This document shows positions 39,695 through 53,825 of a stretch of 64,000 nt of DNA, piece after piece (positions within the stretch are counted from its first letter, which is position 1; each line of letters begins with the position of its first letter). The position numbers and the translations under genes were made by a program. Source of the stretch: a bacterium. Lineage in GTDB: Bacteria > Patescibacteriota > Patescibacteriia > JBAXGH01. The stretch spans positions 16,101-80,100 of the forward strand of contig JBAXGH010000001.1 in assembly GCA_037139515.1 (NCBI GenBank). The letters run 5' to 3'. Below the pieces are notes generated by a model. The model saw nothing but the letters and a program-made list of their open reading frames with translations, had not been told where the DNA came from and did no database searches.

Positions 39695-40747
39695 TTACCG
39701 TATAAACATCGCGTCGCCAAAGCTGAAAAAACGATATTTGAGTTCAATCGCTTCTTCGTAAGCGCGCATGATATTTTCGCGACCGGCGAGCGCGGAAACG
39801 AGCGCCAATAATGTCGACTTTGGCAAATGAAAATTCGTAATCAAACCGTCGATTATTTTAAATTCAAAACCCGGCGTGATGAAAATATTCACATCACCGG
39901 AGAAAGCTGTGATACAAGATCCCTCGGCTTCGGGATGACAGCACTGGCCGAGATGACAACGCGCGGCAACGCCCTCGAGTGCACGAGTCGTCGTCGTGCC
40001 AACCGCAATTACGCGACGACCTTCACGTTTCGCGAGATTAATCTTTTCTGTAGTTTCTTTTGAAATCTCAACCCACTCTTCATGCATCGGATGATTGGAT
40101 AAATCATCAACTTTGATTGGCTGAAAAGTACCGAGTCCGACGTGAAGCGTGATACTCGCGAACTCAATCCCCTGCTTTTTCAATTCTTCGATTAACCGCG
40201 GCGTAAAATGAAAGGCCGCCGTCGGTGCCGCAACCGAGCCGGTTTCGCGCGCAAAAATCGTTTGATAACCCTCCAGCTTTTCCGGCGCCCGCTCGATATA
40301 TGGCGGAACCGGAATCTCACCGTGCGCGTTCGCAAAATCAATCAGCTCGGAATCTGAAATCGATGGTTTCACAATCGCGGTGCCGTCTTCCGGCAAAGCT
40401 AAAACCGAAAGCGACACATCAAAACCCAAATCGATCACCGAGCCGAGTTTTAACTTCTTTCGCGGCTTCACAAGCGTCACCCAAGAATCGCCATGCGGGC
40501 GCACTAAAAAAATCTCAAGTTTCTTTCCGTCCACAGTACCGTGCAAACGAGCGCGAAAGACCTTGGTATCGTTCACAACAAGCAAGTCTCCAGCGCGCAA
40601 AAACTTGCCGATTTCAGCAAAAATTCGATGCTCAAAAGCCCCGGTTTTCTTATCTAAAACCAGTAAACGTGAAGAATCCGGCGGCTCGAGTCTGGTCTGC
40701 GCGATGCGCTCCGGCGGCAAATTATAGTCAAAATCGCTGGTTTTCAT
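39695..40747 (-). CDS. queA: S-adenosylmethionine:tRNA ribosyltransferase-isomerase
   Basis: FDYNLP..IAQ, PPYI, GSVAAPTA, TLHVGLGTF, AVGTT, TNFHLPKSTL, FSFGDAM. Confidence 0.97.
   Translation of the reverse strand: MKTSDFDYNLPPERIAQTRLEPPDSSRLLVLDKKTGAFEHRIFAEIGKFLRAGDLLVVNDTKVFRARLHGTVDGKKLEIFLVRPHGDSWVTLVKPRKKLKLGSVIDLGFDVSLSVLALPEDGTAIVKPSISDSELIDFANAHGEIPVPPYIERAPEKLEGYQTIFARETGSVAAPTAAFHFTPRLIEELKKQGIEFASITLHVGLGTFQPIKVDDLSNHPMHEEWVEISKETTEKINLAKREGRRVIAVGTTTTRALEGVAARCHLGQCCHPEAEGSCITAFSGDVNIFITPGFEFKIIDGLITNFHLPKSTLLALVSALAGRENIMRAYEEAIELKYRFFSFGDAMFIR
39917..39958. repeat. REP-like palindrome in frame inside queA
   Basis: 24-nt unit plus a partial second unit, translated as CHLGQCCHPEAEGS. 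Confidence 0.8.
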
Positions 40748-40817
40748 GATTTGTGCGTGGATTGACGGCTTAGAACCCCCATGCTAACCTACCGCCATAT
40801 TTTTAGACAATCCCTTC

Positions 40818-40876
40818 GTCATGTTGAGCACAGCGAAACATCATGAACATGATCCTTCGCTACGCTCAGGATGACA
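40818..40876. repeat. Inverted pair of REP-like palindromes
   Basis: gtcatgttgagcacagcgaaacatc / gatccttcgctacgctcaggatgaca. Confidence 0.75.
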
Positions 40877-40887
40877 ACAAAAACACT

Positions 40888-41166
40888 ATGCAGAAAGAAA
40901 TCCACCCAATCATGAACGCCGGCATCAAAGTTCTCTGCGCCTGTGGCAACACTTTCGCGACCGACTCAACTATCAAAGAAATCCGTACAGAATTGTGTTC
41001 TGCTTGCCACCCTTTCTATACCGGCAAACAGAAGCTCGTCGATACGGCTCGCCGCGTCGAAAAGCTCGCCGGTCGTTTCACCGCCACGAAGTCTGTGGTC
41101 GGCACCCGCGGCAACAAGAAGGAACGCCGTGCGAAGCGCGACGATTCGAAGAAGGATTCAAAATAG
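40888..41166 (+). CDS. rpmE: 50S ribosomal protein L31
   Basis: [21 protein letters not shown]. Confidence 0.95.
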   Translation: MQKEIHPIMNAGIKVLCACGNTFATDSTIKEIRTELCSACHPFYTGKQKLVDTARRVEKLAGRFTATKSVVGTRGNKKERRAKRDDSKKDSK

Positions 41167-41234
41167 CTACGAAAACGCGGCCAGCTTTATCGCTCGCCGC
41201 GTTTTTGATTATCCAAAAATCTTTGGGCTTATAC

Positions 41235-41315
41235 GCGAGCGCGGTTTGGGAGTACCTCGCGGCGGATTAGGGGCGAGCAATAATCCGGCGCGAGGTACGT
41301 CCCAAAATCGCTCGC
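41235..41315 (+). repeat. Family-A-like bulged hairpin downstream of rpmE
   Basis: gcgagcg..tttggga.gtacctcgcg.cggatta / taatccg.cgcgaggtac.tcccaaa..cgctcgc; loop ggggcgagcaa. Confidence 0.55.
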
Positions 41316-41438
41316 TTCGAGCCGACCATTTTGAAACACAAGCGCCACCTATAAAAACTCCACGCTTTTTCTTGCGGGCGGCACGAGAAAAAACACACAT
41401 TCGTCGGCACTCCGCAACTAAGCTAAAATAAAGAGAAT

Positions 41439-42491
41439 ATGTCTTCATCTATCGAACAGAAAAAAATACGGCTCGTAGAGCTTGAAAAGCTCCTGAGCTC
41501 ACCAGAAACTATCAGCGATCAAAAAAAGTTCGCTTCGCTTTCGGTTGAATACACCGCCGTTCGCGAGCTCGTTAACATGGTTGACGAACTTGAACGCGTC
41601 GAAAATAACATCAAGGGTTCTAAAGAAATCATTTCCGGGAGCGACATTGAGCTACGCGCCATGGCCGAAGCTGAACTCGTCGATTTATTAAAACGCGAAA
41701 AAGAATTGACGATTCAAATTGAAGACGAGTTGAATCCTCCTGATCCGCTGGACGGCAAGAACATCATCATGGAAGTCCGCGCCGGTGCCGGCGGTGATGA
41801 ATCGGCGCTTTTCGCGGCCGAGCTTGTGCGCATGTACTCGAACTACGCTATTACCAAAAAATGGAAGACGGCTTTGATTTCGTCCTCCGTGAACGATGTC
41901 GGCGGTTACAAGGAAGCCATCATCGAAATCACCGGGCGCCAGGTTTACTCGGCACTCAAATGGGAATCCGGCGTGCACCGAGTTCAGCGCGTTCCGGAAA
42001 CTGAAAAGCAGGGTCGCATTCATACCTCGACCGTCACGATTGTGGTTTTGCCGAAGCTTGAAGAGCTTGATTTCAAAATCGACATGAAAGATTTGCGCAT
42101 CGAAGCGGCAACTTCGGGTGGCGCCGGCGGACAGTCGGTAAATACAACTTATTCGGCAATCAGAATCGTGCATATTCCGACCGGCATTGTGGCGCAGTGC
42201 CAGGACGAACGTTCGCAGGCACAGAACAAAGAAAAAGCGATGGAAGTTATCCGCACCCGTGTGTTTGATTTTTACGAAGAAAAGCGCCGTCGCGAGCACG
42301 CCGAAGCACGCAAGTCACAAATCGGTACCGGTGATCGCTCGGAAAAAATCCGCACCTACAATTTCCCACAAGACCGCATCACCGATCATCGCATCAACGA
42401 AAGCTGGCACAATATTCAGCAGATCATGGACGGTGACTTGGATCGCGTGATTACTAAACTCAAAGACGCTGAGCGTGCCCTACGCTCTTAG
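41439..42491 (+). CDS. prfA: Peptide chain release factor 1
   Basis: [12 protein letters not shown] (PxT), [23 protein letters not shown]. Confidence 0.97.
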   Translation: MSSSIEQKKIRLVELEKLLSSPETISDQKKFASLSVEYTAVRELVNMVDELERVENNIKGSKEIISGSDIELRAMAEAELVDLLKREKELTIQIEDELNPPDPLDGKNIIMEVRAGAGGDESALFAAELVRMYSNYAITKKWKTALISSSVNDVGGYKEAIIEITGRQVYSALKWESGVHRVQRVPETEKQGRIHTSTVTIVVLPKLEELDFKIDMKDLRIEAATSGGAGGQSVNTTYSAIRIVHIPTGIVAQCQDERSQAQNKEKAMEVIRTRVFDFYEEKRRREHAEARKSQIGTGDRSEKIRTYNFPQDRITDHRINESWHNIQQIMDGDLDRVITKLKDAERALRS

Positions 42492-42505
42492 GGTATTACC
42501 CCGAT

Positions 42506-42565
42506 TGTCATCCCGAAGCCGAGGGATCTTGACATACTAGATGTTTCGCTGCGCTCAACATGACA
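42506..42565. repeat. Inverted pair of REP-like palindromes
   Basis: tgtcatcccgaagccgagggatct / agatgtttcgctgcgctcaacatgaca. Confidence 0.8.
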
Positions 42566-42573
42566 CAAAGGAC

Positions 42574-43413
42574 ATGATCATTCGTTCACTACTCAAAGAC
42601 GCTGGGAAGAAAATAAATCCGGCTGACGCGGAGTTGCTTTTGAGTTCCGCGCTTGGCATCACAAAGCTTCTCATGATCATGGAGCCGGAAAAACAGGTTT
42701 CGCCCGATCAAGAATCCGCCTTTCGCGAGCTAGTCGCGCGACGTCTGAAACACGAACCGGTTGCCTACCTAACCGGCCAGAAAGATTTTTTCGGCCTGAC
42801 TTTTCAGGTCGCGCCAGGAGTTTTGATTCCGCGCCCGGAAACAGAAACGATGGTCGAACTCGCGCTTGAACACTTACGCTTTTGCAAGCGTCGTCACACG
42901 GTGATCGATATCGGCACCGGGAGTGGCGCGATTGCCTGCGCACTGGCCGCAAACTCGGGTGAAAAAATACTCGCGACAGAGTTTTCACCGGTCGCATTCA
43001 AAATTGCTCGAGAAAATATCAAGCGACTCGGCTTCGCGAATCGAATCGAGCTTCTCCCCGGAAACGGCTTGGCGCCGGCACTCAGCAAACACGCCTTCAA
43101 AGAAGCCGAAGAGCTGATTATTCTCGCCAATCTGCCATATATTCCGACACGCGATTGGGAAAAGTTAATGCCGGATGTAAAAGACTTTGAGCCGCGAGAA
43201 GCGCTCGACGGCGGCGCCGACGGCTTGGATTTGTACCGAGTACTACTGAATCAGTTAGAAGATATAAAAAAGCCGATGAGAGTGATAATGGAAATCGATC
43301 CATCGCAGACCGAGTCTCTGCCGAAGGAAATTATTAAGCGCTTTCCTGATGCTGAAATCACAACCTACAAAGATTTAGCTAACCTTAACAGATTTATAAT
43401 CTTCACAAAATAA
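42574..43413 (+). CDS. prmC: Release factor glutamine methyltransferase
   Basis: EPVAY, LIPRPETE, DIGTGSG, NLPY, ALDGGADGL; follows prfA. Confidence 0.95.
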   Translation: MIIRSLLKDAGKKINPADAELLLSSALGITKLLMIMEPEKQVSPDQESAFRELVARRLKHEPVAYLTGQKDFFGLTFQVAPGVLIPRPETETMVELALEHLRFCKRRHTVIDIGTGSGAIACALAANSGEKILATEFSPVAFKIARENIKRLGFANRIELLPGNGLAPALSKHAFKEAEELIILANLPYIPTRDWEKLMPDVKDFEPREALDGGADGLDLYRVLLNQLEDIKKPMRVIMEIDPSQTESLPKEIIKRFPDAEITTYKDLANLNRFIIFTK

Positions 43414-43444
43414 CAAAACCGCCTATTCAAGGCGGCTTTGTTAT

Positions 43445-44530
43445 TTATTCCTTAATTTTTACTTTTGAAACTCCATCCACAACTTCGACCCAAGTGGTTC
43501 CCGGAATGAAGCTCACCTCCCCACCTTCCTGACCGAAAAATCGCAATCTGTCCGCCGCCGAATCTTTCTTCCAAGTGCCATTAATCACCACGCCTTCACT
43601 TAAAATCATCGCCTTGCCCGTGCCAATAACCGGCATATCAAGCCGGCCCTTATCATCCAAAACCTTCGACGAAGTAATCATGACGGCAACGTTTTTAGCA
43701 CGGATTTCCGAACCGTCTTCGTCTTTATGCCGAACGCGTCCTTCGTAACGAATGTAATCATTGGCTGCCGAATCATATTTCCACTCAGCCTCGTATTGAT
43801 AAGTTGAAAAGTTGATGACAACACCAGCGTTTCCGGAGCGTTCATCGGGCTTTTTTTCATCGCGATATAACCACGGCGCGACCGGCCCAAAAGTGCGCGA
43901 TTGGAGCGCGAACAAAGCGGCCATGTTTTCGGAATCAGTGTAGGCATTGTGCGGAGCCGCCCGAGTCTTAACGCGATAAATAGTTTTCGGCGAAAGCGTT
44001 TCACCAACATTGTAAATCAAGTTCGAATTTGCAATCTCATCAAGCGCCGCCGGAGAACCGCCGATATGCAAATACATGCCATTGAATTCTGACATCAAAT
44101 CAACCGCATAAGGTCGCGCGCTGCGAACCGGGCCGATTTTTTTCACTTCATCGCCATTCGCAAAAACAGCCAAGAACCGCGTAATCCCCATCTCAACAGG
44201 AAGTTCAAAAACAAGTTTAGCCTTTGAAATTCCGGCCGGCGGTCGCGCTTCCAGAATATTATCGATCATGACGCCATAGATTCCGACTTGCTGTGAAGCC
44301 TCGAGCGCCACAACGACACCATCAAGCGCACGACGATAAACAATCGCTTCTTCGATTACCGGAGTTTCCGTAACCGGATTTTGTTTCGGCGGTGAAGATC
44401 TTGTAACTAAAGAATAGATGAGATATCCACCGAGCAACCAAATGAGTCCGGTGAGCGCAATCCCAATCAGGATCGGCGAGATGCCGCGACGACGCAATCT
44501 ATTGGCTGCATTTTCGATTGTGTTAAACAT
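43445..44530 (-). CDS. DUF3048 domain protein
   Basis: VMIDN...ARP..G, E..VE.GITR, IGPVRSAR, APHN. Confidence 0.85.
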   Translation of the reverse strand: MFNTIENAANRLRRRGISPILIGIALTGLIWLLGGYLIYSLVTRSSPPKQNPVTETPVIEEAIVYRRALDGVVVALEASQQVGIYGVMIDNILEARPPAGISKAKLVFELPVEMGITRFLAVFANGDEVKKIGPVRSARPYAVDLMSEFNGMYLHIGGSPAALDEIANSNLIYNVGETLSPKTIYRVKTRAAPHNAYTDSENMAALFALQSRTFGPVAPWLYRDEKKPDERSGNAGVVINFSTYQYEAEWKYDSAANDYIRYEGRVRHKDEDGSEIRAKNVAVMITSSKVLDDKGRLDMPVIGTGKAMILSEGVVINGTWKKDSAADRLRFFGQEGGEVSFIPGTTWVEVVDGVSKVKIKE

Positions 44531-44623
44531 GTGCCCTACATTATATCAAAACGCGACGAAATAACTCATCGCGTTCCGACTTTTTTATTTTTTTCACGCG
44601 GTGAAAGCTGGCCTGTAAAGTTG

Positions 44624-44701
44624 AGAAAGTGTACGAGGCCCATACTTCGACGAGCTATCAGCCGTACCTTAGCTCGTCGAGAGTATGGGCTCGCACTTTC
44701 T
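44624..44701 (-). repeat. 3'-UTR hairpin family A, copy 4
   Basis: agaaagtg...cactttct stem, loop tcagccgtacct (44658-44669). Confidence 0.85.
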
Positions 44702-44705
44702 GTAA

Positions 44706-45467
44706 TTATTTCTTAGCAGCCGGTTTCTTCTCTGCGGCCTTTTCCGGAGCCTTGGCGCCCGGCTTAGCGGCTGCACCCGGAGCGGCGGCAGCGCCCGGAG
44801 CGCCTTCCGCAACCTCTTCACCTTCCTTCTTCTCCTTCTTGAGCACTTCAACCTTCGAAGCATCAGCGTCGACGGCGGTATCAAGCTTGGCCATTTCTTC
44901 ATCAGTACGAGGAGGAGCAACGAGCACGACGACTTCTTCTTTCTTGCCGACCGGTTCCATGCCCGGAGGAAGCTTCACGTCCTGAATACGCAAACGATCT
45001 TCGAAAGTCTTAAGACCGGAAATATCGACGTCGATGTGAGAAACGAGAGCTGACGGAAGACACATGACTTCGAGTTCGCCCAAGTTCTTAACGAGCGTAC
45101 CGCTCAAGAACTTAACGGCAGCAGATTCGCCGACAAAGTTGAAAGCGATCTTCACGTGCAACTTCTCGTCCATCGAAACGGCGCGGAAATCGACGTGGAT
45201 GATGTGGTCCGAAAGCGGATCGCGCTGAACTTCCTGAACGAGGGTCTTGATCGGAGCTTTGGCGCCTTCAATCGCGAGGTCAATAAGCGTCGATTCACCG
45301 GCTTCGAGCAACATTTTGTTAAAAATCTTCTCATCAACAGAAACCATGAGCGATGGCTGCTTTTTGCCATAAACGACGGCAGGAATCATGTTTTTGGCGC
45401 GAATAGCAACTGCTCCGACGGTACCGGCATCTGTACGAGGCTGTGCGTTCAAAACGAGAGTTTCCAT
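44706..45467 (-). CDS. rplY: 50S ribosomal protein L25 (Ctc form)
   Basis: IPAVVYG, EVQRDP, HVDF, C-terminal Ctc domain. Confidence 0.93.
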   Translation of the reverse strand: METLVLNAQPRTDAGTVGAVAIRAKNMIPAVVYGKKQPSLMVSVDEKIFNKMLLEAGESTLIDLAIEGAKAPIKTLVQEVQRDPLSDHIIHVDFRAVSMDEKLHVKIAFNFVGESAAVKFLSGTLVKNLGELEVMCLPSALVSHIDVDISGLKTFEDRLRIQDVKLPPGMEPVGKKEEVVVLVAPPRTDEEMAKLDTAVDADASKVEVLKKEKKEGEEVAEGAPGAAAAPGAAAKPGAKAPEKAAEKKPAAKK

Positions 45468-45481
45468 ATGTTATGAGACAA

Positions 45482-45561
45482 GGGCGTAGGCCATAGGCCG
45501 TAGGCCGTAGTTATGTCATTTTAAGACATCCTACGCCCTATGGCCTACGCCCTACGGCCTA
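45482..45561. repeat. Inverted heptamer tandem array
   Basis: (taggccr)n ... gacatc (cctaygs)n upstream of rplY. Confidence 0.8.
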
Positions 45562-45625
45562 ATATTTATTGCAACAGAATGGGCATATTCTATGCGAATG
45601 AGCGAAATCGGTCAAGGTCGGGATG

Positions 45626-46723
45626 TTAGCGCTTGCCCTCAGACGCCACAGATTGCGCAATTCCCAAGGCAATCAGCATAAAAATGAGGGAGGAAGCACC
45701 ATAACTCACGAAAGGCAAAGTAATACCGGTAACCGGCAGCATCGACAGATTCATACCTATATTTACGCTGAACTGGATAAGAATCAGAAACAGCACTCCG
45801 AGCGCTAGCATCGAGCCAAAATCATCGGCAGCATTCTCCGCGACCCTTACCAGACGATAAAAAGTGAAGGCAAAAGCCAGAAGCAGGATCAGCATTCCGA
45901 CGAAACCCAATTCTTCACCGATAACCGAAACGATAAAGTCAGTCATCGATTCCGGTAAAAAGCGTAATTGTGATTGCGAACCAAAGCCGACGCCGCGCCC
46001 AAAAAATCCGCCGGCACCAATCGCGATACGCGCCTGGGTTACATTATAGCCCTGACCGAGCGGATCGGATTCGGGATGCATGAAAACCGTGATGCGATCT
46101 TTTTGGTAAGGCGCCATCATGAACCAGCCGGACGTCGCAATCAGAATCACGCCCAGAACAAGCGCGATAAATACCCGCTTGCGCAAGCCGACCACAATAA
46201 GATAGAGAGTCCACATCCCGAGAAGCACCAGGGCTGATCCTAAGTCTGGCTGCAACATTGTGAGCGCAACCGGAATGCCGACCAAGACAGCGCTCTCGAA
46301 AACCTCGCGCCATCGTAGTGAGTCTCGCGTGTGGGCCGCAAAATATCTGGCGAGCACAATAATAACTGCAATCTTCGCGCATTCAACCGGCTGAAAATTT
46401 ATCGGTCCGATTTCAAACCAGCCAGTCGTGCCGCGAATAGCTTTGCCGAGAACCAAAACCGCGACAAGCATCGCGTTTGCAGCAACATAAATAATCAGCG
46501 AAAAAGAGCGCAGTGTTTTATAACTCATCTTCGCGATAAAAATCATGGCGAGTAGCCCAAGTCCAATCGCAACAAACTGCTTTTTGAGGGTAAAAAAAGT
46601 ATCCGGTTCGCGAGAGAGCGAAAGAGAATATATGGCAAGCAAGCCATGAACCAGCAAGACCATGACCGAGAAAATCAAAAGCCAGTCAAGCTTGAAAAGA
46701 GATTTTAGAAACGACTGGAACAT
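45626..46723 (-). CDS. rodA: SEDS peptidoglycan polymerase RodA
   Basis: FQPVE, QPDLGS, YQKDRI, AIGAGG, FLPESMTDFI, EELGF, LPFVSYG. Confidence 0.9.
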   Translation of the reverse strand: MFQSFLKSLFKLDWLLIFSVMVLLVHGLLAIYSLSLSREPDTFFTLKKQFVAIGLGLLAMIFIAKMSYKTLRSFSLIIYVAANAMLVAVLVLGKAIRGTTGWFEIGPINFQPVECAKIAVIIVLARYFAAHTRDSLRWREVFESAVLVGIPVALTMLQPDLGSALVLLGMWTLYLIVVGLRKRVFIALVLGVILIATSGWFMMAPYQKDRITVFMHPESDPLGQGYNVTQARIAIGAGGFFGRGVGFGSQSQLRFLPESMTDFIVSVIGEELGFVGMLILLLAFAFTFYRLVRVAENAADDFGSMLALGVLFLILIQFSVNIGMNLSMLPVTGITLPFVSYGASSLIFMLIALGIAQSVASEGKR

Positions 46724-46786
46724 GTCTGACAGAGTAATGATAAAACCAAAAAGAGAAAAGGCTTCCCTTTGCTCTTTTATGTTTTG

Positions 46787-51153
<4,367 letters not shown>

Positions 51154-51165
51154 TATTTACAAACT

Positions 51166-51186
51166 ACCGCCTTGTGGCGGTTTTTT
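51166..51186 (+). terminator. gyrB intrinsic terminator
   Basis: accgcc-ttgt-ggcggt plus T-run. Confidence 0.75.
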
Positions 51187-51192
51187 GTTGCC

Positions 51193-51268
51193 GTCATTCC
51201 CGAAATTTGAGCACAAATTGTCGGGAATCCATTTTCTTCAAATAGACTCCCGCCTTCGCGGGAATGAC
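51193..51268. repeat. Inverted pair of REP-like palindromes (GTCATT class)
   Basis: gtcattcccga...tcgggaatcca / gactcccgccttcgcgggaatgac. Confidence 0.8.
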
Positions 51269-51354
51269 GGAAGGGGCAAAAAAACCGTTTACTTAATCAG
51301 AGACCGGTGCTACATTCCGAAAACAGCTCAGCCCTTTTCGGAAAGGAGCAACCC

Positions 51355-51564
51355 ATGACGTTCCTCGGAGCCTCAAGTGGAAACGGCGAATGTCACTGCA
51401 TCTGCCATAGCAAGCCAGAAGGCGTCATAAAGCACATGCGCGCCTGTTGCGACAAGTGCCCATTTTGCGGAAAGCACATCTCGAATGCGAGACGGCACGA
51501 TCCGGTCTGTGAAAAGAACCCGGCGAACCAAAGAAAGCCAGCGAGCGGAGGAGAAAAGAAATGA
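51355..51564 (+). CDS. Small Cys/His-rich putative metal-binding protein, copy 1
   Basis: AAGGAG SD; CHCICH...H..ACC..CP.CGK...H...C..NPANQ. Confidence 0.65.
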   Translation: MTFLGASSGNGECHCICHSKPEGVIKHMRACCDKCPFCGKHISNARRHDPVCEKNPANQRKPASGGEKK

Positions 51565-51769
51565 GCGGACTCGAAGATTTTGCTCTCGGACTTTGCGATT
51601 GCGCCTGCCACCGCGGACCAAAAGGCTTCGTGAACCACATCACGGCCTGCTGCTCACGCTGTCCGCATTGCGGCAAGAATGTGAAGTTCAGGCTTTTCTT
51701 CACGAACCAAACTGCAAGCAGAACCCGGCAAACCAGAAACCAGAAGAGCCGCCAAAAGAAGGCGGTTGA
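51561..51769 (+). pseudogene. Small Cys/His-rich paralog, copy 2, apparently frameshifted near 51695
   Basis: ATGA overlap with copy 1; CDCACH...ACC..CPHCGK in one frame and HEPNCKQNPANQ in the -1 frame. Confidence 0.55.
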
Positions 51770-51838
51770 CGCCCTAGCCCCAGCGTGTTATCCTATGTTT
51801 ATTGGATGCCCGCCGGGGCATTTTTAAATAGCGAAAAA

Positions 51839-51908
51839 TAGAGATTAGAGCTTAGGGTTTAGAGATTAGTGACATCCCTAACCTCTAAGCTCTAACCTCT
51901 AAGTTCTA
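51839..51908. repeat. Inverted heptamer tandem array
   Basis: (tagagmt)n tagtgacatccc (taasctc)n upstream of secE. Confidence 0.8.
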
Positions 51909-51914
51909 CCCCAT

Positions 51915-52118
51915 ATGACCAAATACGTTGATTCGATTGTGAACTACTTCAAAGACGCCAAGCTCGAACTCATGAAGGTTTCCTGGCCTTCAAAGCATGA
52001 TTTGACCCGCTACAGCGTCATCGTCATCGCCGCTTCGATTATCGTCGCTGCTTCTTTCGGCGCGCTCGATTTCGGACTTGCGAAGGGACTCAACAAACTC
52101 ATCGATTTAGTTTCTTAA
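51915..52118 (+). CDS. secE: Preprotein translocase subunit SecE
   Basis: ELMKVSWP motif; precedes nusG. Confidence 0.93.
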   Translation: MTKYVDSIVNYFKDAKLELMKVSWPSKHDLTRYSVIVIAASIIVAASFGALDFGLAKGLNKLIDLVS

Positions 52119-52142
52119 ATCGAATTTTAACGCACTTTAGCT

Positions 52143-52688
52143 ATGCCTAAGCAAACAAGTAATTACGGCCGTCGCTGGTATGCCATCCATACCTACTCCG
52201 GCTACGAAGAGAACGTCGAAGACAACCTTCGCAAGCGTATCGACTCGATGGACAAAGAGAAAGAAATTTTCAACATTCTGATTCCGAAAGAAAAGAAAAT
52301 CAAAATCAAGAACGGCAAACGTCGCGTGGTTGAGGAAAAAATCTTCCCGGGCTATGTCTTGGTTGAAATGATCGTGACGGATGATTCCTGGTACGTTGTG
52401 CGCAATACCCCAAACGTGACCGGTTTCATCGGCACAGGTACGACGCCGACTCCCGTTTCGGAAGACGAAATCAAGGCGCTTCAGTCACGCATGGGCGTCA
52501 ATGAGCCGCAATTCAAACTTGATGTTACGGTTGATTCTCCGGTTCGCATTTCCGACGGCCCATTCAAAGGCTTCGAAGGAAAGGTTTCGGAAATCGACGA
52601 AGCTCGCGGCAAAGTCAAGGTGTTGGTCAATATGTTCGGTCGCGAAACTCCAATCGAACTCGACTTCTTGCAGGTTAAGAAGATATAG
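52143..52688 (+). CDS. nusG: Transcription factor NusG
   Basis: WYAIHTYSGYE, FPGYVLV, KOW GPF..F.G, MFGRETP. Confidence 0.97.
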   Translation: MPKQTSNYGRRWYAIHTYSGYEENVEDNLRKRIDSMDKEKEIFNILIPKEKKIKIKNGKRRVVEEKIFPGYVLVEMIVTDDSWYVVRNTPNVTGFIGTGTTPTPVSEDEIKALQSRMGVNEPQFKLDVTVDSPVRISDGPFKGFEGKVSEIDEARGKVKVLVNMFGRETPIELDFLQVKKI

Positions 52689-52844
52689 CGCTCGACACTA
52701 CAAAATAAAACACGGGTCCTGGGTCGGTATGTGTTGCGCGTTCGAGACGGGACTGTCCCCAAAGCCGCAGGGGACTGTCCCTCCGAACGCGTAACACGGG
52801 GCCCCTCCCACCCGTGCTTTATTTTATACATTCGAACCCCCATC

Positions 52845-52870
52845 GTCATTCCCGCGAAGGCAGGAATCCA
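52845..52870. repeat. REP-like palindrome
   Basis: gtcattcccgcgaaggcaggaatcca. Confidence 0.8.
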
Positions 52871-53237
52871 TTCTAGTCCCAGTTTCGCGCGAAAATGAAT
52901 TGCCTGCCGAAAAAGGGGCCCCTTTCGTAATGGAGTGATTACGGTTTTGGGCCGTATTTTGCGAGAAGCCCACAGGCGCCCAATCTTAACTACGAATTTC
53001 AGCTAAACTCAGCGGGCGCCGAGGACCAGAAGGCGCGACTCCACACGCGCCGGTTCTCGCAAAATATGCCCAAAAGCCGTAATCCGAAGTCCTGCTTGAC
53101 GTTTAATGTGGAATTAGATATAAATCACGGGCTTAAAACAAAGGCGGCATCCACCGCCACTTCTCTTCTCTGGAATCGTCTGGGTCGGCCAATGCGTTAC
53201 CTCATTGCCCACACCCGTACTAATTCCAAAACTCAGT

Positions 53238-53663
53238 ATGGCCAAGAAAATCAAGGCCCTAGTCAAGCTCCAGATTCCGGCAGGCGCAGCTAACCCAGCT
53301 CCTCCAGTCGGTCCGGCTCTCGGTCAGCACGGTGTCAACATTCAGGATTTCTGTCAGAAGTTCAATGCCGCAACCCAGGCCATGCGCGGTGATACGGTTC
53401 CGGTCATCATCACGATCTACGATGACCGCTCGTTCACCTTCATCATGAAGACGCCTCCGGCCGCCGATCTTATCAAAAAGGCCATTGGCCTCGCGAAAGG
53501 ATCCGGCAAGCCGCAGTCGGAAAAGGTTGGCAAAATCACGATGGCTCAGATTCGCGCCATCGCTGAAAAGAAAATGCCAGACATGAATTGCCGAACGGTT
53601 GATGCCGCAGCTCGCTGTATTGCCGGTACCGCAAAGAACATGGGAGTTGAAATAGTTGGGTAG
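53238..53663 (+). CDS. rplK: 50S ribosomal protein L11
   Basis: [30 protein letters not shown]. Confidence 0.97.
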   Translation: MAKKIKALVKLQIPAGAANPAPPVGPALGQHGVNIQDFCQKFNAATQAMRGDTVPVIITIYDDRSFTFIMKTPPAADLIKKAIGLAKGSGKPQSEKVGKITMAQIRAIAEKKMPDMNCRTVDAAARCIAGTAKNMGVEIVG

Positions 53664-53825
53664 GTTCAAGAAATCAAAAAATCAAGAAAACGAGAAATCA
53701 AGGAACGCTGCCCGCGCCCTTGATTTTTTGATTTCTTGATTTTTTACCAATACCGGGCGGCTTTTCGTATTGACAAAGCTAAGATTCTTTGCTAGTTTCA
53801 GCTGAGTCCGAGAAAGGAGGACGTG

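Noticed and set aside
37713-42573. ORF-track N-terminal extensions of tsf, rpmE and prmC
   Set aside because: The extensions are translations of intergenic heptamer or REP-like repeats; downstream ATGs match the expected protein starts.
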